Source: Bradymonadales bacterium
GTDB lineage: Bacteria; Bdellovibrionota; UBA2394
Length of the DNA stretch: 50,790 bases
Direction of reading: 5' to 3'
NCBI GenBank assembly: GCA_007693605.1
Contig: REDG01000029.1
Location: forward strand, 1 to 50,790
The position numbers and the translations under genes are program-made. This document shows, piece by piece, positions 1-13,151 of the stretch; position 1 is the stretch's first letter; every line of letters begins with the position of its first letter. The notes beneath the pieces are model-generated. The model saw nothing but the letters and a program-made list of their open reading frames with translations. It had not been told where the DNA came from and did no database searches.

Positions 1-41
1 ACACTACCGATTTTGTAGAAAGGAAGAGCGTCCGATAGAGT

Positions 42-117
42 GCGGGTGTAGCTCAGTGGCTAGAGCATCTGCCTTCCAAGCAGAGGGTCGAGGGTTCGAA
101 TCCCTTCTCCCGCTCCA
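42..117 (+). tRNA. tRNA-Gly(TCC)
   Basis: Cloverleaf GCGGGTG..CTCCCGC-T-CCA; anticodon loop CT-TCC-AA; T-loop GGTTCGAATCC. Confidence 0.96.
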
Positions 118-125
118 TTTTTTTC

Positions 126-208
126 GGAGAGGTACCGAAGCGGTCAAACGGGGCAGACTGTAAATCTGTTGGCTCAGGCCTTCGAAGGTTCGAATCCTTC
201 CCTCTCCA
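126..208 (+). tRNA. tRNA-Tyr(GTA)
   Basis: GGAGAGG/CCTCTCC acceptor stem; anticodon loop CT-GTA-AA; long variable arm; CCA not encoded. Confidence 0.96.
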
Positions 209-321
209 GATCTTTGTTCTTTGAGATTTCGTAGGGCCCACTCATTTTCAAGTGCTCTGGCGACTGAGCCTGTAGGAGGCGTTTTGAAGCAGGAGGCAGT
301 GTTAAAGTTGAAAGTGTTTTC

Positions 322-397
<76 letters not shown>

Positions 398-405
398 GAC
401 GGCAT

Positions 406-478
406 AGGCCAGTAGCTCAGTTGGTAGAGCGCCGGTCTCCAAAACCGGGTGTCGGGGGTTCGAGTCCCTCCTGGCCTG
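406..478 (+). tRNA. tRNA-Trp(CCA)
   Basis: AGGCCAG/CTGGCCT stem; anticodon loop CT-CCA-AA; typical position upstream of secE. Confidence 0.96.
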
Positions 479-797
479 AGTCCTTCCACGCTTCTTAGTT
501 TCTCACAGGTGTAGACGGTGCTATAGGCATCTTTGCTCTCGAAGGCTGCGCCCTGCTCGGGTAGTCGCCCACCTTTTGGTTGAGTTGACCCCGTTCAACC
601 CCCCATTTGTCAGACAGAGCCTAGTGGAGGCTCTGGCCACATGGCCTCCGGAGCGAGCTGAGAGAGCCGAGGCCGAAGGGGGGGAGTTGATGCTTGGACT
701 TGGGCAAAATTTCCCCTGCTTTTTAGTTGATCTCCCAAAGATTATCGAGTCTAACGGCTCTATTGCCCGTCTTGGTCGAGTAAGCAAGGAGCTGGTG

Positions 798-1187
798 GTG
801 GAAACTGAAAACCGGAAACTGACGATTCTGTCATTTATTATTTTGTCTGCGGTTGCCGCCTACATCTTGTATTTGACACTGACTTTGGCGGCAGACATTG
901 GCCGCTTTGGGGGCAGTAATGTTTTTGGTACCGGCCTATCGTGGACCGTGGTCGGTGGAAGTGTATCGGGAGTTCTTGGTTTGGTTTGTTTTCTTGTTTT
1001 GAGTTTGAACCATACCGCTTTGGAGTTTAGCGATGAGGTTTTTGGAGAGTTGAAAAAGGTAACTTGGCCAGGGTCGAAAGATACGGCGATGTCGACGGTT
1101 GTTGTTTCGATCATGGTAGTGATCGCGGCCCTCGCTTTTATGCTCATGGATTTTGTCTGGGGTCATTTCTTCGGCTGGATTTTGTAG
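798..1187 (+). CDS. secE: Preprotein translocase subunit SecE (three-TM type)
   Basis: ELKKVTWP motif followed by a TM helix; upstream of nusG; start moved to the GTG after the AAGGAG RBS (ORF is open from 576). Confidence 0.92.
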   Translation: METENRKLTILSFIILSAVAAYILYLTLTLAADIGRFGGSNVFGTGLSWTVVGGSVSGVLGLVCFLVLSLNHTALEFSDEVFGELKKVTWPGSKDTAMSTVVVSIMVVIAALAFMLMDFVWGHFFGWIL

Positions 1188-1205
1188 AGATTGGATAAGT
1201 ATTAG

Positions 1206-1736
1206 ATGTCAGCGAATTGGTATATCGTGAATGTTTATTCGGGCTTTGAAGCGCGGGTGAAGCAGTCTTTAGAGGAGCGAGCAAAAGTCTCTAAGCATAA
1301 AGACAAGATTCACGAGATTCTTATCCCCTCAGAGACGGTCGTAGAGGTTAAAAAAGGGGAAAAGAAAGCGAAGTCCAAAAAGTTCTTTCCGGGCTACCTC
1401 TTTGTGAAGATGGAGCTGGACAACGAGACATGGCATTTGGTCAAGGGAACCCCCAAGGTCTCTGGTTTCGTGGGCGATTCGATGAATCCTCCTGCGGTTC
1501 CAGAAGAGGAAGTGATTCGGATCACTGAACAGATCCGAGAAGGAAAGATGAAGCCTAAGCTGACAGTGGAGTTTGAGAAGGGCGAGAGTGTTCGGGTCAA
1601 AGAAGGGCCGTTTGCGAATTTTACCGGAGTGGTCGATGACATTCAGCCCGAGAAGGGGCGCCTGAAGGTGCTGGTCAGTATTTTCGGTCGATCCACCCCG
1701 ATTGATCTCGAGTTTGCGCAAGTAGAGAAAGGTTAA
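1206..1736 (+). CDS. nusG: Transcription termination/antitermination factor NusG
   Basis: [19 protein letters not shown] domain [14 protein letters not shown]. Confidence 0.98.
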   Translation: MSANWYIVNVYSGFEARVKQSLEERAKVSKHKDKIHEILIPSETVVEVKKGEKKAKSKKFFPGYLFVKMELDNETWHLVKGTPKVSGFVGDSMNPPAVPEEEVIRITEQIREGKMKPKLTVEFEKGESVRVKEGPFANFTGVVDDIQPEKGRLKVLVSIFGRSTPIDLEFAQVEKG

Positions 1737-1743
1737 TAAGAAA

Positions 1744-2172
1744 ATGGCAAAGAGAGAGCTGACAACACAGATTAAACTTCAGATTCCTGCCGGAAAGGCT
1801 AACCCTTCTCCACCCGTTGGGCCTGCGTTGGGGCAGCACGGCCTAAACATCATGGACTTTTGTAAGCAGTTTAATGCGAGAACTCAGAAGATGGGTGACA
1901 CCATCGTTCCGGTGGTGATTAGCGTTTTTAGTGACCGCTCGTTCACCTTTATTACAAAGACTCCACCCGCTTCTGTTTTGATTCGGCAAGCGTTGAAATT
2001 GGCTAAAGGCTCTGCCACTCCGAACCGAGTTAAGGTTGGAAAACTGAAAAAGGCTCAGCTTGCGGAAATTGCAAAAGCGAAGATGCCAGACCTGAATTGC
2101 TATGACATTTCGGCTGCGGAGAAGATCGTGGCAGGAACCGCTCGCAGCATGGGCGTTGAAATTGAGAGGTAG
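1744..2172 (+). CDS. rplK: 50S ribosomal protein L11
   Basis: [20 protein letters not shown]. Confidence 0.99.
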   Translation: MAKRELTTQIKLQIPAGKANPSPPVGPALGQHGLNIMDFCKQFNARTQKMGDTIVPVVISVFSDRSFTFITKTPPASVLIRQALKLAKGSATPNRVKVGKLKKAQLAEIAKAKMPDLNCYDISAAEKIVAGTARSMGVEIER

Positions 2173-2177
2173 ATAAA

Positions 2178-2924
2178 ATGGGTCAGAGCGCACAGAATTT
2201 AGAAACGATTGAAGTCATCAAAAAGAAACATGGAAAAAGGTTCAGCCAGGCTGTTGCTCTCGTTCGAGAAAAGGCTCCAGAGCCCAAGACTTTCGAAGAG
2301 GTCATAGAGATTATCCTGTCGACACCGGCGGTAAAATTCGATGAAAGCCTTGAAGCCGCCTTTCGACTTGGAGTGGATCCCAAACAGTCCGATCAGATGG
2401 TGCGGGCTGCAATCGTGCTTCCTCACGGTCTAGGCAGGGCGGCGAAGGTCGTAGTTTTTGCGAAGGGAGCCAAAGAGGATGAGGCCAAGGCAGCTGGCGC
2501 CGATGAAGTTGGAGGCGAAGAGTTGGCCCAAAAGATTCTTGGGGGCTGGACGGATTTTAGTTCCTGCGTGGCGACGCCAGATATGATGCCCATTGTGAGT
2601 AAGGTGGCAAGGGTGTTGGGGCCCAAAGGCTTGATGCCCAATCCCAAGCTTGGAACGGTAACGATGGATCTGACCAAGGTGATTTCAGAGCTAAAGAAAG
2701 GGCGGGTGGAGTACCGTGTTGACAAGGCAGGGGTCGTGCACGCACCTTTCGGAAAAAGAAGCTTTGGTAAGGACAAATTGGCAGAGAATTTTAAGGCTCT
2801 GGCTGAGAGCATTGTCAGGGCGAAACCCTCAGGAGCCAAGGGCAACTATCTGCTGTCGATCTTTGTAAGTAGCGCGATGGGGCCCTCGCTTCCCGTGTCG
2901 ATTACGCAAGTAGGGAGCCTGTAA
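2178..2924 (+). CDS. rplA: 50S ribosomal protein L1
   Basis: KFDES..LGVDP..DQMVR, LGPKGLMPNPKLGTV. Confidence 0.99.
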   Translation: MGQSAQNLETIEVIKKKHGKRFSQAVALVREKAPEPKTFEEVIEIILSTPAVKFDESLEAAFRLGVDPKQSDQMVRAAIVLPHGLGRAAKVVVFAKGAKEDEAKAAGADEVGGEELAQKILGGWTDFSSCVATPDMMPIVSKVARVLGPKGLMPNPKLGTVTMDLTKVISELKKGRVEYRVDKAGVVHAPFGKRSFGKDKLAENFKALAESIVRAKPSGAKGNYLLSIFVSSAMGPSLPVSITQVGSL

Positions 2925-2952
2925 TGAAACGATCAGGGTTTGGAGGCAATTT

Positions 2953-3477
2953 GTGAAACGAGCTCAGAAGAAAGTGGTGGCAGAGGAGTTCCAAGCGGGG
3001 GTTCAATCGAGCCAAGCGGTTTTTTTGACGGACTATCGGGGTCTGACTGCAAAGCAGATGACAGAGCTGAGAATGGCTCTTAGCCGCGCGGGCTCTCGTT
3101 TGAAGGTTGTCAAAAACAGGCTGGCGCTTCGTGCATTTGAAGGGGAGATGGCAAACCACCTGGCCCCTATATTTGATGAAATGACAGCCGTCGCTCTCAC
3201 GCAAGAAGATGTGGCCGGAGCGGCAAAAGCTTTGACCGAGTTTGCAAAGGCCAACGAGGCTTTGAAAATTAAGGGTGGAGTTTTAGAAGGGAAGCTAATC
3301 TCTATTGCAGAGATTAAGGCTTTGTCGAGCCTTCCTAGTCGAGACGAGCTGTTGGCCCAGTTACTTGCTGTTTGGGCGGCTGTTCCTACTGGATTTGTAC
3401 GGGTATTGAACGCTCTGCCCAGTGGATGGGTAAATGTTTTGGATGCGATGAGGCGTAAGAAAGAGGGCGGCGAATAG
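2953..3477 (+). CDS. rplJ: 50S ribosomal protein L10
   Basis: DYRGLT..LR, VVKNRL, LPSRDELLAQLL. Confidence 0.98.
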   Translation: MKRAQKKVVAEEFQAGVQSSQAVFLTDYRGLTAKQMTELRMALSRAGSRLKVVKNRLALRAFEGEMANHLAPIFDEMTAVALTQEDVAGAAKALTEFAKANEALKIKGGVLEGKLISIAEIKALSSLPSRDELLAQLLAVWAAVPTGFVRVLNALPSGWVNVLDAMRRKKEGGE

Positions 3478-3556
3478 GCCCAAAATAGAGTTTGACCAAT
3501 GATTGAGTTGGTCCTTAGAAAAAGCAAACAACTAGAAAAGTCTGGAGAGTAGAAAA

Positions 3557-3934
3557 ATGGCGGTAAATAAGGAAGAAGTAATCGATTTCATATCAAATAT
3601 GAGTGTCTTGGAGCTTTCTCAACTCATCAAAGAGTTTGAAGAAAAGTTCGGTGTTTCAGCGGCGGCGCCCGTAGCGGTGGCGGCAGCGGGAGCAGCGGGA
3701 GCGGCAGCCCCTGCTGAGGAAAAGACTGAGTTCAATCTGCATTTGGAAGCCATGGGTGACAAAAAGATCGATGTCATCAAAGTGGTTCGAACCATCACTG
3801 GCCTCGGACTGAAAGAGGCAAAGGATTTGGTTGAATCAGCTCCCAAGCTTTTGAAAGAAGCACTGACAAAAGAGGATGCAGAGAAGTTTAAGAAAGACTT
3901 GGAAGCCGTCGGGGCGAAAGTCAAATTAGACTAG
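3557..3934 (+). CDS. rplL: 50S ribosomal protein L7/L12
   Basis: [29 protein letters not shown]. Confidence 0.99.
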   Translation: MAVNKEEVIDFISNMSVLELSQLIKEFEEKFGVSAAAPVAVAAAGAAGAAAPAEEKTEFNLHLEAMGDKKIDVIKVVRTITGLGLKEAKDLVESAPKLLKEALTKEDAEKFKKDLEAVGAKVKLD

Positions 3935-4045
3935 TCCTTTGTCAATCGTATTGCAGGACGAGCAACAGGTACTAGCTCGCGCTTTAGCGCGGGCTGGTCT
4001 GGCTAGAGAGCACACTCTTTGAACCTTTTGAGGACACCATAATTT

Positions 4046-7000
4046 ATGTCGAAAAAATCTCAATCCAATGTGACCCAAGAACAACTGACTTCCACGAACT
4101 TCAGGTACCGCCGTCGATACGGAAACATTCCGAAAATCATCGACATGCCAAATTTGATCTTGATGCAGAAAGAGAGTTATCGCCACTTTCTTCAGGCAGA
4201 GGTTCCTGCCGACAAGCGAGAAGACATTGGTCTTCAGGCGGTCTTTAAGAGCGTTTTTCCAGTCAGCGATTTTAACGACACCGCATCGCTTGAGTTCGTG
4301 CGCTATGTCTTAGAAGAGCCGAAGTACGATGTTGTGGAGTGTCGAGCCAGAGGGATGACCTTTGCGGCTCCTCTAAAAGTGACGGTTCGCCTGGTTCTTT
4401 GGGAGATTGATGAAGACGGCAATCGATCTAATATTCGAGATGTTAAGGAGCAAGAGGTCTACTTCGGCGAAATGCCTCTGATGACCAGAAACGGAACCTT
4501 CATCATCAATGGAACTGAAAGAGTCGTTGTGAGCCAGTTGCATCGATCGCCGGGGGTTTTCTTTGATCGAGACAACTCAAAGACCACCGGAGGGAAGACG
4601 AGCTTCAATGCGAGAGTTATTCCATATCGAGGTTCGTGGTTAGATTTCGAGTTTGACTCGAAAGATATTCTAAATGTGAGAATCGATCGGCGTCGAAAGT
4701 TTCCCGCCACGATTTTATTGCGAGCTCTTGGTTTGTCTGAAGAGCAGATTATCAATCACTTCTATAGTGCCGAAGAATTCAAAATCTCTGGCAAAAAGGT
4801 TGTAAAGTCGGTGGTGCCTGAAGTGCTGATGGGTCAGTTGGCCTACTCCGACATTAAGGACAAGTCCGGCCAGGTGATTCTAAAAGAGGGTCGCCGGTTC
4901 ACTAGATTTTCCGTTCGAAAGCTAGAGCAGAGCGGAATCACAGAAATTCAAAGCTCAGAAGAAGAAATTATTGGTCGAGTCACCGCTCACAACATCTTTG
5001 ACCCAGAGACCGGTGAGATTTTGTTGGAAGTGAATCGTGAGCTGACCGCCGAGATCTATGCGCGAGTCAAAGAAGCGGGCATCACTGAGTTGAAGTTGAT
5101 TTTCATTAATAATCAGACCGTTTCTCCGAGCATTCGGGACACTCTTTTGGGCGACAAAGTTGAAAGCTCTGAAGAAGCGATGATGGAGATTTATAAGAAG
5201 CTTCGACCAGGAGATCCTCCGACTTTGGAGTCTGCGAGCCATTTTTTCCGGACCCTTTTCTTTGATGCCGAAAAATACGATTTGGCTCAGGTCGGTCGAT
5301 TGAAGATGAATCATAAGTTTCGCTTGAGCACCTCTCTGGATGTTCGGGTTCTTACAAAAGATGATATTTTGTCGACCATTTCTTATCTGATTGGGTTGAA
5401 AGTTGGGCGAGGAGAGGTTGATGATATCGACCATCTCGGTAATCGCCGCGTTCGAAGCGTTTCGGAGCTTTTGGAGAATCAGTACCGGGTGGGCCTGGTG
5501 CGGATGGAAAAGGCGATCAAAGAGCGGCTGAGCCTTCAGGAGCTAGAGACCTTGATGCCGCATGAGCTGATCAACGCCAAACCAGTGTCGGCTGTGGTGA
5601 AAGAGTTTTTCGGAACTTCTCAGCTTTCACAATTTATGGATCAAACGAATCCACTCTCAGAGATTACTCACAAGCGGAGACTGTCTGCTCTGGGGCCGGG
5701 CGGATTGACTCGTGACCATGCGGGCTTTGAGGTTCGAGATGTTCACCCAACTCACTACGGACGGATCTGCCCAATTGAAACGCCAGAGGGCCCAAATATT
5801 GGACTGATTGCATCTCTTTCGAGTTATGCTCGAATCAACGAGTACGGTTTTATTGAGACGCCCTACAGAAAAGTAGAGAAAGGCGTGATCAGCAACGAGG
5901 TGGTTTATCTATCCGCGCTCGAAGAGCAAGAAGCAACGATTGCGCAGGCTTCAGTTCCTACAGATAAAAACGGAAAGATGACTGACGAATTTGTGTCGGC
6001 CAGGCGTGCCGGTGAGTTTGTTCTGGTGCCCCCCAGTGAAGTGACTCTGGTGGATGTATCGCCCAACCAGATTGTGTCTGTTGCGGCCTCGCTGATTCCC
6101 TTTCTTGAGCATGACGATGCGAACCGCGCGTTGATGGGAAGTAATATGCAGAGGCAGGCTGTTCCTCTCGTTCAAACGGATGCCCCGCTTGTCGGGACGG
6201 GCATGGAAGAAATTGTTGCGAAAGACTCAGGAGTGACGGTGGTATCAGACAACCCCGGTTGGATCGAGAGCGTAGACTCCTCTCGAATCGTGCTTCGTGT
6301 GGACAGAAACTCGCCGGAGTTTATTAAGAGAGAGGGCAGCACTGGAGTCGAGATCTACAGTCTTCTCAAGTATTTTAGATCGAACCAAAACACCTGTATT
6401 AATCAAAAGCCAATCGTTCGAGTCGGACAATATGTTCAGAAGGGCGAGGTTTTAGCCGACGGCCCCTCGACTGAAAAAGGGGAGCTCGCGCTTGGACGAA
6501 ATGTGACCGTCGCTTTCATGAGTTGGGGAGGCTACAATTTTGAAGACTCCATCTTGATTTCTGAGCGAGCCGTTCGAGACGATTTGTTCACATCCATTCA
6601 CATCGAAGAGTTTGAAGTTTTAGCAAGGGACACCAAGCTTGGGATGGAAGAAATATCTCGAGACATTCCCAATGTGAGCGAAGAAGCCTTGGCTGATTTA
6701 GATGAATCCGGAATTGTTCGGGTGGGAGCGAAGGTTCGGCCCGGGGATATCTTAGTGGGGAAAGTAACTCCCAAGGGGGAGACTCAGCTATCGCCAGAAG
6801 AGAAGCTTTTGAGAGCGATATTTGGCGAGAAGGCGAGCGATGTTAAAGACACCTCGCTACGGGTGCCTCCTGGCGTGGTGGGAACGATTATCAATACTCG
6901 CGTCTTTCAGCGAGAGGGCGTTGAAAAGGATAGCCGAGCTCAGTCCTTGGAAGATCAAGAGATTAAGCGAATTTTGAAGGACCAAGAAGATGAGGTTCGG

Positions 7001-8233
7001 ATCATTCGAGAGTCGGGGTTTAGAACAATTCAAAGATTGTTGATCGGTAAGAAGGCGAGCGGTCCGGTAACGGCCGCCGATGGTTCCGCAGCGATTCAAG
7101 TGGGAGAGAAGATTTCAGAAGAAAATCTGGCGCAAGTGGATCGAAGTCAGTGGGCTAGAGTTCCGCTTGAAGACGAGTCGGTCGAGAGCGAGCTGCGATC
7201 GATCACAGAGAATGTAAACAACCAGATCGAAGCGATCAAGCTGGTGGCTCAGTCGAAGATTGAGAAGCTTTCAAAGGGAGATGAGCTGCCTCCTGGTGTT
7301 ATTAAGATGGTGAAAGTCTATGTAGCCATTAAGAGGAAGATTGAAGTGGGCGACAAGATGGCTGGGCGTCACGGAAACAAGGGCGTGATCTCTCGGGTTT
7401 TGCCAGAAGAAGATTTGCCCTATCTCGCCGACGGTCGGCCAGTGGACATCATCTTGAATCCTCTGGGCGTTCCTTCTCGAATGAATGTGGGTCAGCTTCT
7501 TGAGACACATCTTGGTGGGGCCGCATCCGGAATTGGAGATATGGTCAACAAGATGCTCGAGAAGAATGTCGAGGTCGAGATCCTTCGAAGTTATCTGATG
7601 AGAGTTTACGAAGCGGATTCGGTTGCCGAGTTTCTGAAGTCTGCTGATAGAGATCAGCTTTTGGCTTTTGCCGAAAAAATGTCAAAAGGGGCGACTTTAG
7701 GCCTTCCTGTTTTTGATGGGATTAAAGAAGAAGAGATTTCAAGAATGTTAGAGTTGGCCAATTTGCCAACTGACGGTCAGGCGTATTTGTTTGACGGTCG
7801 CACGGGCGAAGCCTTTGAAAGAAGGGTTACGGTTGGGACGGTCTACATTCTGAAGTTGCACCACATCGTTGAAGACAAGATTCATGCTCGAAGCATCGGA
7901 CCTTACTCGATTGTTACTCAGCAACCTCTGGGCGGAAAGGCTCAGTTTGGAGGGCAACGATTAGGGGAGATGGAAGTCTGGGCACTCGAAGCTTATGGGG
8001 CTGCTTATAGTCTTCAAGAGTTCTTGACTGTCAAGTCAGACGACATCATTGGCCGAACCAGAATGTACGAATCCATTGTCAAAGGAGACTGCCAACTTGA
8101 GCCGGGCCTTCCAGAGTCTTTCAATGTACTGACCAAGGAGCTAAGAGCCTTAGGACTGAATGTTCAGCTTCTTCAGGAGTCCGAGGGACAAGAGGAAGTC
8201 GCCGCAACAGCAGAGAGTTCAAAAACTAAGTAG
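4046..8233 (+). CDS. rpoB: DNA-directed RNA polymerase subunit beta
   Basis: [45 protein letters not shown]. Confidence 0.99.
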   Translation: MSKKSQSNVTQEQLTSTNFRYRRRYGNIPKIIDMPNLILMQKESYRHFLQAEVPADKREDIGLQAVFKSVFPVSDFNDTASLEFVRYVLEEPKYDVVECRARGMTFAAPLKVTVRLVLWEIDEDGNRSNIRDVKEQEVYFGEMPLMTRNGTFIINGTERVVVSQLHRSPGVFFDRDNSKTTGGKTSFNARVIPYRGSWLDFEFDSKDILNVRIDRRRKFPATILLRALGLSEEQIINHFYSAEEFKISGKKVVKSVVPEVLMGQLAYSDIKDKSGQVILKEGRRFTRFSVRKLEQSGITEIQSSEEEIIGRVTAHNIFDPETGEILLEVNRELTAEIYARVKEAGITELKLIFINNQTVSPSIRDTLLGDKVESSEEAMMEIYKKLRPGDPPTLESASHFFRTLFFDAEKYDLAQVGRLKMNHKFRLSTSLDVRVLTKDDILSTISYLIGLKVGRGEVDDIDHLGNRRVRSVSELLENQYRVGLVRMEKAIKERLSLQELETLMPHELINAKPVSAVVKEFFGTSQLSQFMDQTNPLSEITHKRRLSALGPGGLTRDHAGFEVRDVHPTHYGRICPIETPEGPNIGLIASLSSYARINEYGFIETPYRKVEKGVISNEVVYLSALEEQEATIAQASVPTDKNGKMTDEFVSARRAGEFVLVPPSEVTLVDVSPNQIVSVAASLIPFLEHDDANRALMGSNMQRQAVPLVQTDAPLVGTGMEEIVAKDSGVTVVSDNPGWIESVDSSRIVLRVDRNSPEFIKREGSTGVEIYSLLKYFRSNQNTCINQKPIVRVGQYVQKGEVLADGPSTEKGELALGRNVTVAFMSWGGYNFEDSILISERAVRDDLFTSIHIEEFEVLARDTKLGMEEISRDIPNVSEEALADLDESGIVRVGAKVRPGDILVGKVTPKGETQLSPEEKLLRAIFGEKASDVKDTSLRVPPGVVGTIINTRVFQREGVEKDSRAQSLEDQEIKRILKDQEDEVRIIRESGFRTIQRLLIGKKASGPVTAADGSAAIQVGEKISEENLAQVDRSQWARVPLEDESVESELRSITENVNNQIEAIKLVAQSKIEKLSKGDELPPGVIKMVKVYVAIKRKIEVGDKMAGRHGNKGVISRVLPEEDLPYLADGRPVDIILNPLGVPSRMNVGQLLETHLGGAASGIGDMVNKMLEKNVEVEILRSYLMRVYEADSVAEFLKSADRDQLLAFAEKMSKGATLGLPVFDGIKEEEISRMLELANLPTDGQAYLFDGRTGEAFERRVTVGTVYILKLHHIVEDKIHARSIGPYSIVTQQPLGGKAQFGGQRLGEMEVWALEAYGAAYSLQEFLTVKSDDIIGRTRMYESIVKGDCQLEPGLPESFNVLTKELRALGLNVQLLQESEGQEEVAATAESSKTK

Positions 8234-8257
8234 ATTGTGAATCACAGAGGAGAGACC

Positions 8258-11200
8258 GTGGAGAATTTTTTTAATCTCTTTCAAAAACCCAAAGACCCCA
8301 TTTCTATCAGTGCTTTTAAGCTCAGCATTGCGTCACCGGAGCAGATCTTGGAGTGGTCCTATGGTGAGGTGAAGAAGCCCGAAACGATTAACTACCGAAC
8401 ATTTAAGCCTGAAAGGGGCGGCCTTTTTTGTGGCGCGATTTTTGGGCCGGTAAAAGACTACGAGTGTATTTGTGGCAAATACAAGCGTATGAAACACCGC
8501 GGAGTCGTTTGCGAAAAGTGCGGAACCGAAGTGATTGAGAGTAAGGTGAGGCGAGAGAGAATGGGCCATATCAAGTTGGCCACTCCAGTAGCCCATATTT
8601 GGTTTGTGAAAAGCTTGCCCTCAAGAATTGGAGCTCTTCTGGATTTAACTCTCCGTGAGCTAGAGCGAGTTCTCTACTACGAGTCTTATATTGTAACGGA
8701 CCCAGGGGAAACGCCCTTTCGCTTAAGCCAGGTTCTAAGTGAGAATGAATACAGAAGAGCCGTACAGGAGTTTGGTGCGGAGTTTACCGCAGACATGGGA
8801 GCTTCTGCCATCCGGGAGCTGCTTTCAAAGATCGAGTTGAACTCATTGGGTGACGAGCTTAAGGCTGAGCTCTTAGATGTGACATCCGAGGCCAAACGAA
8901 AGAAACTGATTAAAAGACTGAAGGTCGTAGAATCCTTTTTGAAGAGCGACAACAAGCCAGAGTGGATGGTGATGGATGTGGTTCCTGTACTTCCTCCTGA
9001 CTTGAGACCTCTTGTTCCCCTAGACGGAGGTCGATTTGCAACAAGCGACTTAAATGATCTCTACCGCCGGGTGATCAATCGAAATAATCGGTTGAGAAGG
9101 CTGATGGAGTTAGACGCCCCCGATATCATTCTGAGAAACGAGAAGCGAATGTTGCAGGAGTCCGTCGACTCGTTGTTTGACAACGGGAGACGAGGTCGAG
9201 TGGTCACAGGCACCAATAAGCGTCCACTTAAATCTCTCTCTGACATGATTAAGGGTAAGCAAGGTCGATTTCGGCAAAACCTGCTTGGCAAGAGGGTAGA
9301 TTACTCGGGCCGTTCGGTCATTGTCGTAGGCCCTCAACTGAGGCTGCATCAGTGTGGATTGCCCAAAAAAATGGCACTCGAACTGTTTAAGCCCTTCATT
9401 TTTAACAAACTCGAAGAGCGCGGCTATGTCAGCACGATCAAGGCGGCCAAAAAGATGGTCGAGCTAGAGACTCCAGAGGTCTATGAGGTTTTAGAAGAAG
9501 TTATTAAAGAGCATCCGGTTCTATTGAATCGTGCCCCGACTCTCCATCGCTTGGGAATTCAGGCTTTTGAGCCAATTCTGACAGAAGGAAAAGCGATTCA
9601 GCTTCATCCCCTGGTTTGTGCGGCCTTCAACGCAGATTTTGATGGCGATCAGATGGCGGTGCATGTGCCCCTGTCGGTAGAAGCGCAGGTTGAGGCTAGA
9701 ACACTGATGATGTCCACGAACAATCTTTTGTCTCCTGCGAGCGGACGACCTGTGATTGGTCCAACCCAAGACATCGTTCTTGGCTTGTACTGTATGACCA
9801 GGGAACGACCTTACGGAAAAGGAGAAGGAAAGCTGTTTGTAGATCCCGATGAAGTGCGTGCAGCCTACGAGAACGGGCAAATTGGATTGAACACCAGAAT
9901 ATTTTGCCGCATCGGAGAGAAGAGAGAGGTCACAACTGCTGGCCGAATTCTTGTGAAAGCAGCCGTGCCGGATGAGCTTCCCTTTCATCTTGTAAACAAA
10001 ACCCTCGATAAGAAAGCCATCGGAAAGATTTTCGAAGCGGCCTTTAAATATGCTGGGCAGAAGAAAACCGTTCTGATGGCAGACCGACTCAAAAATTTGG
10101 GATTCGAGTTTGCAACCAGATTTGGGGCTTCGATTGCGATGAAGGATATGGAGATTCCTGACTCTAAGCAAAAGCTACTGGAGGCCTCTAAAGAAGAGGT
10201 GAAAGAAATTGAGAGCCAGTACGCTGAAGGAATTATCACAGACGGAGAGCGCTACAACAAGGTCATCGATATCTGGACGAATCTTTCAGATAAGATTTCT
10301 CAAGATATGGTTTCGACCTTAGGGGTAGAGACTTTTGAGCCCGGTCCTGACACCAAGACAGGCATTTTTCCTGATCGAGAAGGAAAGCCCGTTCGCGACA
10401 AGTCTTTCAACAATATCTTTATGATGGCAGATTCGGGTGCCAGAGGAAGTAATCAGCAGATTCGACAGTTGGCTGGGATGCGAGGTCTTATGGCTAAGCC
10501 TTCAGGCGATATCATTGAAACTCCAATTGTTTCTAACTTTCGAGAAGGCCTCAATATGCTTGAGTACTTTATCTCGACCCATGGAGCGAGAAAAGGCTTG
10601 GCCGATACGGCTCTGAAAACAGCGAACGCCGGTTACCTCACTCGGCGACTTGTAGATGTCTGTCAAGATGGAGTGATCTTAGAGGATGACTGCGGAACCC
10701 TTGAAGGAATCGAGGTCGAGGCTCGGGTTGAAGGGGGCGAGGTCGTTGAAGCTCTTTCAGAGAGAGTCTTAGGTCGAATCGCTTTGTTTGATGTGAAAGA
10801 TCCGGTTTCGAAAGAAGTGATTGTTGCTGCCAATGAGGAGTTTACTGAGGAAGTTTGTGAGAAGCTAGATGCCGCTCAGATCAATCGTGTCACCGTTAGA
10901 AGCCCATTGACTTGTAAAAGCAAAAGAGGCGTTTGTGTTCTTTGCTATGGACGAGATCTGGGGCGAGGGGCGATGGTCAACCGGGGTGAGGCTGTTGGAA
11001 TTATTGCAGCTCAGTCGATTGGGGAGCCCGGCACTCAGCTCACCATGCGAACCTTCCATATTGGAGGAACAGCCAGTGCGATGGCTGAGCAGAGTTCCAT
11101 TGAGTCGAAAAATTCAGGGGTCATCAAGTTTGAGAATGTGCAACTTATTGAATCTCCTGACGGGGATTTCATTGTGCTCAATCAAAACGCTGAGATTTGG

Positions 11201-12457
11201 CTGCTCGATGAGGAGGGTGGCCGAGAGCTAGAGAAACATCGAGTGGTGTATGGCTCGAGACTTCGAGTGAAAGAGGGCGCCAAGGTGAAAGTTGGCCAGA
11301 CATTGGTTGAATGGGATCCGTACACGATTCCGATTTTGACGGAGTTTGGTGGCAAGGTTCAGTTTGAAGATTTACAAGAGGGCGCGACCTTTCGAGAGCA
11401 ACGAGATGTAGCAACCGGTCTGGCTCGGCGAGTCATTATCGAGAGTAAGGGTTCATCCGATCTACGACCTCGAATTCTAGTCGTTGATCCCAATTCGGGA
11501 GCACCGATCTACAATCCGAGAACCGACAAAGAGGTTCGATACTTTCTTCCGCTGGGGGCGAGCATCTCGGTTGAAGAGGGTCAGGTGGTTAATCCTGGAG
11601 ACCCCCTTTGTAAGTTGCCAAAGGAGGCGATCAAGTCGAAAGACATCACTGGAGGTCTTCCTCGAGTAGCTGAACTTTTTGAGGCGAGAACTCCAAAAGA
11701 CAATGGGGCTATCATTGCTGACTTTGACGGGATCGTTTCGTTCGGAAAAGACACGAAAGGAAAGAGGAAGATTATCATTACCTCTGAAGACGGCGATGAA
11801 GTGGAATATATGATTCCCAAGGTGCGGCATATTGTCGTGAACGAGGGGGATCAAGTTCGAGCCGGAGAGGCCCTTGTGGATGGACAGGTCAATCCCCACG
11901 ATATTTTGCGCGTTTTGGGTGTCAAAGCTCTTGCGAAATATCTGGTTGAAGAAATTCAAGGGGTTTACCGACTTCAAGGTGTCGGTATCGATGACAAGCA
12001 CTTTGAGGTCATTGTTCGGCAGATGCTCCGTAAGGTTCGAATCAAAGAGCCAAACGATTCCCACTTTTTAAATGCCGAAGCTGTCAGTCGGTGGTTATTT
12101 GAAGAAGAGAATGATCGACTGATCGCCGAAGGTAAAAAGCCTGCCACGGCAGAGCCTTTGCTTCTAGGGATTACAAAAGCGGCTTTGAACACGGACAGCG
12201 TACTTTCCGCAGCGAGCTTTCAGGAGACCACCAAGGTCTTCACTGAGGCCGCCGTATCGAGCCGCGTGGACGAGCTTGAAGGCCTCAAAGAGAACATCAT
12301 TATGGGGCGGCTGCTGCCTGCTGGTACTGGGCTCCGAGAGTATCGGGAAACCGATATTCGGGTCGAAGGCGAGGGCGATAAGTTCCTGAGCGATGTCGAT
12401 GTCGACACCACCGGAGGTCAGGCAGATGAGGGGGGAGAGGCTTCGGCGGCTGGCTGA
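8258..12457 (+). CDS. rpoC: DNA-directed RNA polymerase subunit beta'
   Basis: [12 protein letters not shown] catalytic motif; zinc finger; GTG start after GAGGAG (ORF is open from 8237). Confidence 0.99.
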   Translation: MENFFNLFQKPKDPISISAFKLSIASPEQILEWSYGEVKKPETINYRTFKPERGGLFCGAIFGPVKDYECICGKYKRMKHRGVVCEKCGTEVIESKVRRERMGHIKLATPVAHIWFVKSLPSRIGALLDLTLRELERVLYYESYIVTDPGETPFRLSQVLSENEYRRAVQEFGAEFTADMGASAIRELLSKIELNSLGDELKAELLDVTSEAKRKKLIKRLKVVESFLKSDNKPEWMVMDVVPVLPPDLRPLVPLDGGRFATSDLNDLYRRVINRNNRLRRLMELDAPDIILRNEKRMLQESVDSLFDNGRRGRVVTGTNKRPLKSLSDMIKGKQGRFRQNLLGKRVDYSGRSVIVVGPQLRLHQCGLPKKMALELFKPFIFNKLEERGYVSTIKAAKKMVELETPEVYEVLEEVIKEHPVLLNRAPTLHRLGIQAFEPILTEGKAIQLHPLVCAAFNADFDGDQMAVHVPLSVEAQVEARTLMMSTNNLLSPASGRPVIGPTQDIVLGLYCMTRERPYGKGEGKLFVDPDEVRAAYENGQIGLNTRIFCRIGEKREVTTAGRILVKAAVPDELPFHLVNKTLDKKAIGKIFEAAFKYAGQKKTVLMADRLKNLGFEFATRFGASIAMKDMEIPDSKQKLLEASKEEVKEIESQYAEGIITDGERYNKVIDIWTNLSDKISQDMVSTLGVETFEPGPDTKTGIFPDREGKPVRDKSFNNIFMMADSGARGSNQQIRQLAGMRGLMAKPSGDIIETPIVSNFREGLNMLEYFISTHGARKGLADTALKTANAGYLTRRLVDVCQDGVILEDDCGTLEGIEVEARVEGGEVVEALSERVLGRIALFDVKDPVSKEVIVAANEEFTEEVCEKLDAAQINRVTVRSPLTCKSKRGVCVLCYGRDLGRGAMVNRGEAVGIIAAQSIGEPGTQLTMRTFHIGGTASAMAEQSSIESKNSGVIKFENVQLIESPDGDFIVLNQNAEIWLLDEEGGRELEKHRVVYGSRLRVKEGAKVKVGQTLVEWDPYTIPILTEFGGKVQFEDLQEGATFREQRDVATGLARRVIIESKGSSDLRPRILVVDPNSGAPIYNPRTDKEVRYFLPLGASISVEEGQVVNPGDPLCKLPKEAIKSKDITGGLPRVAELFEARTPKDNGAIIADFDGIVSFGKDTKGKRKIIITSEDGDEVEYMIPKVRHIVVNEGDQVRAGEALVDGQVNPHDILRVLGVKALAKYLVEEIQGVYRLQGVGIDDKHFEVIVRQMLRKVRIKEPNDSHFLNAEAVSRWLFEEENDRLIAEGKKPATAEPLLLGITKAALNTDSVLSAASFQETTKVFTEAAVSSRVDELEGLKENIIMGRLLPAGTGLREYRETDIRVEGEGDKFLSDVDVDTTGGQADEGGEASAAG

Positions 12458-12738
12458 TAGGGGTCTCGCCGAGAAAGTGGGGGTCCCGAAAGGTCGGGAG
12501 GCCCATCATGAGAGAAGCCCCCTCGTTTTTGCCGGTTTCTTGATGTTGACAGCCGTTGCCGCCGAGACCTAATGATAGTGGGCGGCCCCTGATCTTTATG
12601 GTTGGGCAAGGATTTAATTTGGGTGCTTCTGTGTGTCTCTCCCAGGGACGCGAAAGAAGCCGAAAAATGAAGAAAATTTAGAACGGACAATTGTAAGGAG
12701 CGGTCCTCAAGAGAGGGCTGGCTTCTAGGGAGTATTGA

Positions 12739-13113
12739 ATGCCAACGATTAATCAACTGCTTCGAAAAGGTCGACGGAAGGTCACTCAAAAGACGAAGTC
12801 ACCAGCGCTTAAAGGGGCACCTCAAAAGCGGGGGGTGTGCACTCGCGTATTCACGATGACCCCCAAAAAACCAAACTCAGCTTTGAGGAAGGTTGCGAGG
12901 GTTCGCTTGACGAACAAGCAAGAGGTGACGGCCTATATCGGGGGAATCGGGCACAACTTGCAAGAGCATAGCGTGGTTTTGATTCGCGGTGGTCGAGTGA
13001 AGGATTTGCCCGGAGTCCGCTATCATATTGTGCGCGGAAGTCTTGACACCGGAGGAGTTCAAAATCGTAAACAAGGGCGCTCAAAGTACGGAGCGAAAAA
13101 GCCGAAGTCCTAA
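12739..13113 (+). CDS. rpsL: 30S ribosomal protein S12
   Basis: [27 protein letters not shown]. Confidence 0.99.
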   Translation: MPTINQLLRKGRRKVTQKTKSPALKGAPQKRGVCTRVFTMTPKKPNSALRKVARVRLTNKQEVTAYIGGIGHNLQEHSVVLIRGGRVKDLPGVRYHIVRGSLDTGGVQNRKQGRSKYGAKKPKS

Positions 13114-13151
13114 GATAAAAAGAGTTGATAACAAGATTGAGGGAATAGCGA

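Noticed and set aside
576..797. Long N-terminal extension of SecE
   Set aside because: No RBS at 576; a good RBS precedes the GTG at 795/798, and the extension is not SecE-like.
3971..4000. Hairpin between rplL and rpoB as a novel RNA
   Set aside because: An attenuator-type hairpin at this position is ordinary.
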